A stretch of DNA of 47,160 nt, counting the filler, from Jimgerdemannia flammicorona (Eukaryota): NCBI GenBank assembly GCA_003990765.1. It is 2 parts of 2 records of this genome, joined end to end, with 100 filler letters (N's around TTAATTAATTAA, not from the genome) between each part and the next. Parts side by side here need not be neighbours in the genome. Positions count along the whole stretch, not along the records: positions 23,635 to 47,160 come from RBNJ01001097.1; 1 more part is not named here. One strand, written 5' to 3'. A program made the translations under genes and the position numbers. This document shows positions 23,635 to 35,923 of the stretch, piece by piece. The first letter of the stretch is position 1. Each line of letters begins with the position of its first letter. The notes beneath the pieces are model-generated. The model saw only the letters and a list, made by a program, of their open reading frames with translations, did no database searches and was not told the origin of the DNA.

Positions 23635-24980
23635 CCCCCCCCTACCCCTTCTCAACAAAAAACCACTTTATCAAAAACCCAATGACATCCCCTCCCACTA
23701 GCCCATTCTCCAGCACTATTGTCTCACACTTATGCCAGTTGAGCTTCGCTCCAGAGTGTGCCTCATACCACTCCACTGTTTCCCGAAGAGCCTCTACATC
23801 TGCTACAGATCCAAGTCCAACTACCATGTCATCTGCAAAGGCCCCCACCTTCCATTCCACACTATATACCGAGAGCCCAGTCACCCTCTTATGGATCCTG
23901 TCCATCAAAAGTTCCAAGGAGAGTGTATAAAGGATAGGGGACAGTGGGTCCCCCTGAGGGACTCCTCTCCCCAAGGGGAATGCCAAACCCCTGTGACCAT
24001 TACACATCAGCACCGCTCGACTCCCTTCCAACAAACTCAACATAGAGGCTCGAAACTGTGGCGGAACACCAATCCTGTCCAATACCTTGCCCAACCAAAC
24101 CCACTGAACATGGTTGTAGGCCTTCTCTTGATCCAAAAAGACCAGTCTCCCATCCAGTCCACAGGCCTGGGCTCCTTCAATAATGCCATGTACCCAGGCA
24201 GTGCCATCTCTTATAAGTCTACTACCTACAAAGCCCGGTTGCTCCTCCCCCAGCACCTGTTGAGCAACCTTCTGTAGCCTTGCAACAATCACCTTAGTCA
24301 CCAACTTCCGATCCATATCCAGCAGCATGATTGGCCTCCAGTTCTTCCAATTCTCACACCGGCCCTTATCTTTGTACAATAGGGCAACCAGCTCTAAGTC
24401 CTGCTCACCAACCCATATGCCATTTAGAAGAACATGGTCACAGAGGGCCGCCATCTCACCCAGCATCCCTGGGACTTCCACCATCTTCTTCCAGAAGTCC
24501 CACAGTAACCCATCCTCCCCTGGTGCTGTCCCAAGCTTAGTCGCTGCCAGGATACCTTGTATCTCCTCCTCCTAGACAGGTAAGGTCAAGTCACCCAGAC
24601 CCTCTATCTGTGGTGGCTCTCACTTTTCCAGCGTATCACCAATCGCCTCTGCATCAGCACCCCCTTCTTCCTTACTCCACAGACCCTGCCAATTCTCCTT
24701 CAACACTCCCAGGATCTGCTGCGTGCCATGCACCAGCTCTCCCTTAGCATCCAAGATCCCGTCCCACCTATGCCTCACCCACCTGGCTTTGAGGAGCCTA
24801 GACAAGTACCTAGTAGGCCGCTCCCCCTCCTCAAGCCCCTGCCATCTAAGCCTGGCTGCCATACCTCTCATATGAATCTCCTCCTCCTCTCTCAACACCT
24901 GTTGCAGTTCTACAACCTCCAATTTCACCCTCACTAGCCTCCAATCCTCCACCTCATCAGACGCAAGCAACTCTGTCCAC
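23635..24980 (-). mobile_element. Non-LTR fragment F: 5'-truncated RT region very similar to copy B, with an internal deletion joining it to the ORF2 3' end
   Basis: Open RT frame 23642-24484. Homology stops at ~24980. Bases 23635-23678 match the ORF2 end of D (~18825-18870). Confidence 0.9.
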
Positions 24981-25144
24981 CAAGGCTTCACCACATACAC
25001 AAGCAACGGGCGACCCGCCCAGTCCGGGCACAACAGGCAACTTCACAGAAGACCTCACAATCCAAGCCTCTCTCAACGCTTCTATCTACACCCGTCACCC
25101 TCGATCATGTCATTCAAGCGTCCAACACGCGCAATTTCGAGCAA

Positions 25145-26110
25145 GTGAAGCGGTGTTTACGCGCCGACCCGGCATTGGCGCTGGCGTGCAATGAGAGGGG
25201 ACGAATGTTGCTTCATCATGCTTGTGGGAAGGGCCATTTGCAGATCGTCGAACACATCCTATCCACCGCCTTTTCCACGACCCCATCTCTCCTCCATCAA
25301 AAAGACTGCTACGGAGAAACCCCCTTGCACCGAGCCACATGCTTCAATCACCCGCACATCACACTTCTCCTCCTGCGCCAGGGGGCGAATCTCGCGGTTT
25401 GGGATGCACAAGGTAACACGCCCCTGCACATCGCCGCGCACACGGGCAAGGGCGAGATGATCAAGATGCTTGTTGGCCAGGGAGCAGACGTCAGGTTGTG
25501 GAATACGGCCGGGAGGACACCGTTGGATGAGGCGAGGGCTTCAAGTTTTTCGAATGGGAAGGTTGTTGGGTTGTTGAAAGTGGCGAGCAAGAGTAGGAAG
25601 CGGAGCGTTGAAAGCGTCGAAAGAGCTGCAGATGATGGATCGTTGGCTCCGCATGTCCAGGCGGCTCCTGATCTGCCGCGTAAGTTGCAGAAGAGATCGT
25701 CCGATGTCGGACTGATCAAAGATCCGCGAAAGAATTGGCCTTGCGAGTATCAGTGCTCGGATGGCCACTACGTCCGCTCGAAAGGCGAAGCTTTGATCGA
25801 TGACTGGCTATACTATCATCGTATCTGGCATTCCTACGAACACCAATTTATCCCGCCCACATCTCCCTCTACGCCGCTCACCCCGGACTTTTACCTGCCT
25901 GATTACGATGTCTACCTTGAGCTTTGGGGTTTTGCGGATGATGACCCGGTGGGGAAGCTGTACACAGCGAGGCGACGCGAGAAAGAGGAGATATATGAGC
26001 GGTTCGGGGCCCCCGTGATTGGGGTGGGACAGGAGGAGCTCAAGTGCTTGGATGACGTGCTGGCAAGAAGATTAGCGGAGTGGAAGGTCAAGAGGAATGG
26101 GAGACTATGA
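25145..26110 (+). CDS. Ankyrin-repeat protein fused to a C-terminal bacterial-type PD-(D/E)XK/Vsr-DUF559-like nuclease domain; true start uncertain
   Basis: About 4 ANK repeats (GRMLLHHAC, GETPLHRA, GNTPLHIAA, GRTPLDEA), basic linker KSRKRS, then DGHYVRSKGEALIDDWLY...PDFYLP..VYLELWG...YTARRREKEEIY. The frame is open back to the LINE junction with no ATG before 25205. Confidence 0.8.
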   Translation: MKRCLRADPALALACNERGRMLLHHACGKGHLQIVEHILSTAFSTTPSLLHQKDCYGETPLHRATCFNHPHITLLLLRQGANLAVWDAQGNTPLHIAAHTGKGEMIKMLVGQGADVRLWNTAGRTPLDEARASSFSNGKVVGLLKVASKSRKRSVESVERAADDGSLAPHVQAAPDLPRKLQKRSSDVGLIKDPRKNWPCEYQCSDGHYVRSKGEALIDDWLYYHRIWHSYEHQFIPPTSPSTPLTPDFYLPDYDVYLELWGFADDDPVGKLYTARRREKEEIYERFGAPVIGVGQEELKCLDDVLARRLAEWKVKRNGRL

Positions 26111-27529
26111 GGAAGGGAGAGACGGAATATTGGATAATGTGGGTTTTTTGAGTTGACTTTCTCACAATATGTACTATTTACACTTCGCTCGCCGAAGGAA
26201 GTGAGAGTTGAAAATAATCAAACAATGAAGAAACCACGTCCACCGAAAATCAGAAGACGCATCCCATGAATCGGTGGTCCTGGTTCATCAGAGGAATATC
26301 TCGCACGCACATAGAAGTGGGTTATTGCGGATTAATCTTCCTATAAAATCACGAAATGATCGTACAATGTGGCGAACGGATAGCTTGAGTCGGACTCAGA
26401 CAGCATTATTAGCCATCACTGTCTTAAATCATGTCCTAAGATCCTCCGAGCGCATAGTTTAGTATTATACAAACTAGTTTCAACCGTCGCTCGCCGCTTC
26501 AGCCCACCAGCCGCCGCCGCCACTCGCTCGCTGCCCATCGCTAGCCTGTTCGCCACTCACAGCCAGCCAAGGGTGGAGGTGGATATCCCCGAAGTATTAT
26601 GCTCTCAAGACAAGGGGGCGTGGGAGATTGCGCGACACCAAACAAACAAAAAGAGCATTGCGCGGCGCCAAACAAAAAAGGAGTGGAGAAAGAAAAGACC
26701 GCATGAATGATCACAAGGCCATTAGCCATCATTAGGAGGAAATCCTTTTCCACGGGCGGACGTGGTCTGGCGTCATCACCACAAAAACTGGTTTCAGCCA
26801 AAATCTCCTCATGCTGACTCTAGGGATCACATAGTGCAGATTTATACGGTTGGTCTGCATTGTGAACGCCTACCAGATGGTCCTTCGATTACACAAACTG
26901 TCACCACCCCTCTCCAGGATCTGATGGTCCACAAATCCGAACTCGCTACATACGCACATCCAATCTCGACGTCGCCGCATGGGGTGTGTTTTCATTCTCG
27001 CCAATCCAACATCCCCTCCACATCTCAAATGCTAAACACTCTCGCATCAGCAACCAGAACGAACCCAAACCAAGCATCCATATCGTCCAAGCGCCCACAA
27101 ATAGACAATGATCTATAATACAATAGAAAGAACACAGAAATTCTCGACACAAACAAAGAAAACGCAAAGAAATAATAACACGTGTAAACACACATGAAAC
27201 CCCAAAATGGGCACGACACGAGCCGTACAGAACCGCAGACTCGAAAATAAGGAGCGTCGGCCACAGGAGACGGGATGAGATTGAATGATAAAACGGTAGG
27301 AAGTAAGGAGGTATGATGAGTTGAAATGGAGATGCCGGGGCCCCGGCTCTAGTTCCTGATGAGCGGACGGCGGGGTTGAGGGGAAGAGGAGGGAAGAGAT
27401 GTTTCAGTAAGTTGAATTGTTTGAGCCGGCACGCTTCCTCCAAAAGACTGAAGAGGACGGCAAAAATCAATCTTTCTATTGTATCACGCTACTCTCCCCA
27501 ACTTTCCTCCCCCAAAAAAAACGTAGAAC

Positions 27530-29239
<1,710 letters not shown>

Positions 29240-31767
29240 AGTTTCTTACGGGAGGAGGGAAGTGGCAAGAGTTTGAATGATTCCCGCAGAAAAAGAAAAA
29301 TTGCGTGGCGGGAGTCACGTGATGTATGGATAAGCCACAGACACCAGCCACAAGCACCGTCTCTAATATCGTTCTGTAAAACCAAAACGTGAAAGGGTTA
29401 CAAGAAGAACTGAGCAGGTGATTATTGTGGCGATTGCGAAATACTACTTCTAGTCCCTCGACTGACATGGTATTCCCTTGAATAGAGCAAGGCAAACAAA
29501 GTGTTTGCTCGCTTCCAAAATAAATAAAAAATACATTCTTCCAACCATTCATTAAAAACAGGACAACGCTATCCCAAAATATAACCCATCCATGTTTGGG
29601 CCAATCGGAACACGTGCATCCAAGCAGATAGCAAACAATCAACAGACAAAATAGAAGATGCTGACGTCTATTCACTGAAACGATCAAGTCACGTGGTCAA
29701 AACGAAACATTTGGTCAATTACCCGCGACGTCCAACCATCGCACGCACAATCTTGACACCGAAAAGGAGACCCAGGCAATGCGTACGCCGGTCCAGGGAT
29801 GAACGAGCCCTGGTACCATACTCAAGGATCAGTATATCAACCCTCCTTCATATTCTCGTGTCGACCCTCATAGCGCTCTCGCGCCCATATAACAAATCCG
29901 AGCATATATATTACCTCATATTACCCAAAAAGGTGATGCCGCATAGCTTTCTCAAATCGGCACTGATTCATAAACTGAAGCAAATGTAAATACATCGGCC
30001 GACTTTTGACTTGCCTCGCAGGTGGGAATATAATTTATACAGCTTTAATGAGAAATATCAGTAAACAGACGAACGAAGAGTTTACGGTCAGCAAGTTGCC
30101 GAAAACTCACGGCGTAGAACGTTCGATATCTTCCCAGAGTATCGTGCTGGCATGGAAATGGAGTTCACCATTGTGTCGAGAATGTACTTAAGGGATCCGG
30201 GTTGCGATTATATGCAGTCGCTGGAATACGGTTGAAGGTGCGGTGCTGAAGCTGGTTTCACCGACGATTTTGTCGGCAACGAGATGCTGTACTGGTTGGG
30301 CTTCTGGTCAAACGGAAGTGGAGAAAGGCCTTCGGAGGGGGTCTTTCTCTCGGCTTATGAACTAAACTCACACAAGAGCATATTATGACGTAGCCGCACG
30401 TTTGTCAATCACGTTTTGAGTAGTTGAAGGCAAAGCCCTCAGCGGATCAGGAAATATTAACATCGTTGGGTTAAATAACATACTACGTAGCGATTGCCAT
30501 ACCATTCTGGAGTAGCCAAGCTTGGTTATCACCAATATGTATGTAGTTCTTTTCCTGAGGCGGATTATAGATTTGAACATGGTGATTCCTATTGCGGGGG
30601 CGACAAACCATGTGGTCATTTTATCCATGCAAGTGATTCGTTTAACGACATTGAATACTATGAGAGGCATAAATGGCTGCATTTCTCAAAACTTGCGTTC
30701 ATCGCCGCAAAGTGATAACTCTGTAATTTCACGTAATATCCCGAAGAGCTGGTATATATCTAATGCGAGATAAAACGCGCACATTTTTTACCATCAAAAT
30801 CAAAGAGCTTAGAATGAAATAAAAAGCACGGCTCAATAAAACATACCCGAAACCAATCCCGCGGTGCTGACGGACCGATGACTGAATGGTTTCTTTATGA
30901 GCGTAGACACATCGGGCGGGTCCGATTTTTCTCAACGGTCGACAAGCCACAACTGTATCCTTCGAAGGCCGATATTCCAAATCAAGGAATAGATTCGTTA
31001 CCGCTACGGTCTTCTTGATGGGCGCCATGGATACTCTGGAATAAAATACTCGCTATTTTTGCCAAAATACGTTAATAACAATGACAATGGGCGATATACA
31101 CAATATGTAACGTCACGTTTTTCTTTCCCCGAAGCTGTGAACGAACATTATTTATATAATTGAAAATAAAAGAGACGAGATACTGCTTCCCAACTAAACG
31201 TTGAATAGCTCTTAATAATTCCCCGTGACCCCACGCTACTCAAGCTATGCTTCGGAAATTGAGGTTAGATGATTCATTTATCGCATACCAAACTTATCAA
31301 CCGACTTTTTTTGTTAACATTAGCTAGAAAACTCTACCACTTGCAAGCGCATAGGGGTAGAACAAACATATGTCTTACAAACAATCAAAAAAGGCGGTAT
31401 CGTCCCTGGAAAGGGTAAAAAGAACAACATACAGAGTGTGAGGAGCTTGCCGGAAAATGGCAACTGGTGCATAGGTTAGCTGAAGGGAATCTTATATAGG
31501 GAATGATTATGTCGATATATAAGCGTGGATCAAGCATTGAGGCGTGATTGCCATATAAGAAGGAAACTAGCTCCGATGGTCAAACATGGACAGAGTCTAT
31601 GCTCGCATTGGCGCCATTGACCAACTCCCCCTATACCTTCATTTTTTTTTTTGGGGGGGGGGGGGATCTCAACCCTAAACTACAGTTCTAACTTAACGCG
31701 ACTCCCATCCACATTGACGCGAAACTGATTAGTTATCTCTCCACCACCATCTATTCTCATCCAACAC

Positions 31768-32615
31768 TCACGTTGGATTCCCGTAGTCATAGTTCATCCA
31801 GTTTCCCCGAAACATACTCTCACCCGGCGTGGGTGGCAACGAAGACACAAAATGCGACCTGTGTATCTCATCGCGCCACGGCGTGTTGGACAAGCCTGTG
31901 AACGATTGCGTAGCCTGGTCAGGAATGCTCTCGGCCGAGGGCAGGTGTGCTGGGGATACTTCTTTGGGGGTATGTGCCGTTGGGATCGGTGCCGAAAGTG
32001 AACGTGAGAGCTGGGGGGAAGTACAACACAAACCGCGGGTGGTAGGGAGCAAGGAAAGGGTGTCAGCGGAGTGGACGGAGAGAATTGAAGGCGCTAAATG
32101 GAATAAAGAAAGGTCGTGCGGTGTCGGAGGTAACCAGGAACCGCTGTTACAAGGCGAGTTGGTCGGGGGGTCGCGTGGGAAACGGCTAAACGTGGAGGAG
32201 GATGCCGCTGGAACCATGGGGGATGAATCGGAAGCAGTGTTGTGGTGGCGTTCGGACTGAAGCAGTGGAGCACCGAGGATGGTGTTGGATTGGGTTATGC
32301 GTGAGCGAGTTGTGGAAGTGCTATTGGCGTTTTCCATCCAACCTATACCGGAGCCTCTGAGTGGTTGAAGAAGGTGAACCATTGAACCACGAGGATGGGG
32401 AGACAAGATACAGCATTGAATAAACAGCCGTTCTTTGCGTTGTAAGTTGTTATAGAAGTGCACTTTTTGCATGGCTCATGTCAGAACAAGATAAAATGCC
32501 TACTTTACCTTATAGCCCACTCCTTGTTCATACGTTTGATGATCAACTCCAACCTGATCCTCTCTTGCTCCAAAGCTTCTAATGACTTATCGTAGTCGCT
32601 TAAAGATTTTTCCAG
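31768..32615 (-). CDS. Last exons of a hypothetical protein (coiled coil + Ser/Pro-rich tail); upstream exons unresolved
   Basis: Exon ~32509-32615 (LEKSLSDYDKSLEALEQERIRLELIIKRMNKEWAI) splices in phase (ag|gtaaagt...cag|a) to 32356-31768 (RGSGIGWMEN...). Confidence 0.5.
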
Positions 32616-33597
32616 CTTTGTTTTATGTTTGTGTTTTGATGATTTAAAATAAAACAAAATAAATAAAACGACGAAGGGGAGGTAAAAAGAGCCGTGTTAT
32701 TCGGGCGGCCAGCGATTGTCATTTATGAGGCGTACTACTACGAATTCAAGCGGTTCCCGGACAGATCCCATGTCTCAGCCCATGAACAAAAATTGGGTCC
32801 ATCCAAGGTCTAGATTCACGCCCTACTCGTCATGGGCCAATAATGAGCTGTGCAACCGAGTGCAAGACACAAAGAAGAGCTCTACGAACGGGGGTACATC
32901 TGGTGCTGAAAGGAAATGATGTACCAAAGCGATCTGTTGGCCTCTCGTCCAATTAGATGAGGCCGATGTGCCAGTTTTGGTCTCCGAAAATGGTTAATGA
33001 TGAGATTCAGGATTTTGTTCTGTTTATTTCATATCATTCATCACCTAATAGTGCTTTGCTAAAAGATAGTAAAGAAGGATCTGAACTTGGAATCATGGAT
33101 GACATCAATCGGTCAGCTTGGAATGCGACCCCTCTTGATCTTGTGCATGACATATATTCTATGTACAACGAATGAACCTCATTAAACTTAATGATGCCAT
33201 CTGGCAATATGAGCTGATCCGACGATGGGGCGAAAGTAGCCAAAATTGAACATACGCACGCTGCCATCTCGATCGGGTCCTAACGTTTTAGGCATGCCGG
33301 GGAGCAGGGGTACAATCCGGCCAGTGTGGTTTGCGGAGTTATCAAACGTGGCAGGTAAGCGATGATCGGGTTTCGAAACGACCGCAAGCATCTGTTTGCA
33401 TGAGCAAAAGAAAGAAAATTCCTCCGAATTAATAATTTGCCGATATTCACATGTTCTTATCGCTTAAACATAACATGCGGGGATAAATTCCGCTGAATAT
33501 ATTCACAAAAGCTCACTTGTCCAACAGTAGAGACGTACTGTCATCAAGTTCGGCACCACGTTCACCCCAATTCATGTGGCGCGCAGCCGTGTGACAT

Positions 33598-33640
33598 CGA
33601 GCACATCGAGCTCAGAATGTGACATCGAGCTCAGAATGTG
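33598..33640. repeat. Short tandem duplication (acatcgagctcagaatgtg x2)
   Basis: Read directly. Confidence 0.8.
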
Positions 33641-35354
33641 GCTAGTATCCAAAAAAAAAAAGTTTTAGGACGACGATTGTGGCTAGCTGATAAATAGGAT
33701 AATGTTTTTACCATTATGTTTCAATTTCACTATCAATTTCGTAGAATTCCTGAGACATTGAATCATTTTCAAAAGGCATCCTAGTCATATTTTTACCCAC
33801 AATACCAAAAAAGGAATACCTTCACAATGACGAAATCTCGGTAATTACGCAGTTTAGAGGGACATGCAATTGGACTTTCGTTTCCATGGTACTGAACCTC
33901 GACGCACATCGGTTCTCGTTTCACCTTCTTTGGAAATACACGGCTATCAGAATTGGTATTAGTAGCTTTTACTGGTGATGCATCATGACGGAATTGCAGC
34001 GCCAGAGTTCATCACGAGTAGTAGATCCCATGAAAACAACAGCCAACTTATCGCTTTGTTTTCGTACATGCTTATGTCATGTTAGCAAAAGATTTCTGTG
34101 TTCAAACAATGGAAGCCTCGGCCCCCTTAAAAAAAACCCATTTTTTTTTTCAATTCTTAATTACGTAACAGGAGAGGTTCTGAGCATTAGAGCGTTTGTT
34201 TATATAGTGGTCGAAACGCCAGAATAGAACCTTCTAAGAAGCAAAATTCAATCCAAGAATTCGATTTTCTTGTTTCTACGGACATTTTTACTGACTGATG
34301 GCGTTAACAGCCTGTGCTTTTCGCTCTATTGCTGAGTTTTTATGTAAGCCGGTTGTTTATGTTTGTTTAATGGTCTGATGCGACAGTTCAGACTTTGAGA
34401 AAAAAAAAAAAGAAAAAAAAAAAAAGTATGAATCCATCCACGGAGGCGGATTTTTATATTATATGCGATTTAAAACAACTGTGCTTCTAATTGGTTGCCC
34501 AGTTTCCGTGACTTGTTTGTGTAGACGGATTCGCTTAAATAATTTCAATAATATCTGGGTTTAAATACCAGCACCATTTAATTTATCCTTGCAATTTGAA
34601 GTCGATTGACGCCCGCCATGGCATCAAATACGACGCGCATCGCAATATTGATTTGTGGAGTGAGTTTAATTTCAAGCACGCAATGAGTATTTGGAGCTGT
34701 AGGAATTGAAAACGAGGACGTACATTTATCTTCTCAGCTGCTTCATCTATTATGTCGAGGTGCAAACAAATAGATGATCGTGAATGCTTAGTATTCAATT
34801 GATCTGTCCATTATAAAACGCTTAAATCTTAGACTCCCTGGAAAAGGTCTGACATCGTCTTGAATATCTTATCGGTACGGGAAGAGTCATTCATCCCATT
34901 CAATCAATCAATCAATCAATCAATCGTCGCTCCCCTCGTATTCTTTCAGCTTCCGAGGTATTGCCGATGTCATATCAAATGCATTTCCTGGATGGCACAG
35001 CAGGGAAACCAGGCACAGATAAAGGGAATCGATCAGACCCGTTACTCATTTAACAGATTTTAAAACTTTCCATCGCTAAATCTAGTTCGTATAAACTTCT
35101 TTAATATCCCATCGATTGACTCTTCAGAAATTAGAATCCGTACGTGAGCCATAATCACACGTTTCCGCGGTGCACATTATGCGAGTATTGCAAGCCAAAC
35201 AAACTTTTGGAAGATGCTAGAGCATAGACAATGAAATTTCACATTCATCGCACAAGCTTGACAGCAGAACTAATTCCTCTGGTGTGACTAATTACAATCC
35301 TCTCCGGGAACGATATGGCACATCCTAGAGGAATAATAATGAGGTGAGGTAAGT

Positions 35355-35923
35355 GCCGCCTTGGCTCAAAGGGTTTCGTCCAAGTGCACCGCCGCCTTAT
35401 TCGCAAGGAGTTCTAGTACGTATCTGGGACGATTTCGGGGAGTTTTGCCGAGGGGCAGAAGTATTGAAAGGGGTGCGAGAGTTGAAGAAGAACTGTGGGA
35501 CTGTGTAACGGTACTATGATCTGACATCTATCGCATAGCCTACCTCGACACACTCAAAATTGAAATCGAGCAGACCGGCGGCAAGGTAAGCCCTCCCTAT
35601 ACCCAACCAACACACAGACTTGCCCCCTTCGCCATCGTCAAATTCGGGCTCCGCGCCCTGGCGCGCAAATTTAGCGGTATTTAATGCACGCCTTCTCTTC
35701 TTGCCTCTCTTACGCTCATCTCCCGTGCCCCCAATACACCTTGCCTTCCAGGATCCGTAGCACGGCGGCCACCTCCAACAAGAACCCAGAGACGGACATG
35801 CTGAGCCCGGACCGGATTTCGGACGCGTACTCATACCTGCACGACCAGCATACGTCGACCTGGACACACGAGCTCAACCTGAGGCCCGCAGTAGAAAAGT
35901 TTTGTGATGTGATTCGGCTTTGA
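35355..35923 (+). pseudogene. Short-chain dehydrogenase/reductase (atypical FxxxK type) remnant with internal deletions
   Basis: Spliced AALAQRVSSKCTAALFARSS|TYLDTLKIEIEQTGGK (35355-35415, 35539-35585); LAPFAIVKFGLRALARKF (35619-35675); LSPDRISDAYSYLHDQHTSTWTHELNLRPAVEKF. The Gly-rich motif and central part are missing. Confidence 0.72.

Noticed and set aside
26200..27480. ncRNA (snoRNA/snRNA) or ORFs between the ANK gene and PRMT1
   Set aside because: Only isolated TGATGA/CTGA words and low-complexity ORFs; no diagnostic structure.
29690..31030. Possible gene starting MAPIKKTV at 31028 (-) and neighbouring short ORFs
   Set aside because: A donor site exists, but I could not build an open spliced model or recognise a domain.
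32700..33580. Possible FHA-like or zinc-finger exons upstream of the coiled-coil gene
   Set aside because: Splice-like signals are present, but every phase I tried hit stops; not supportable.
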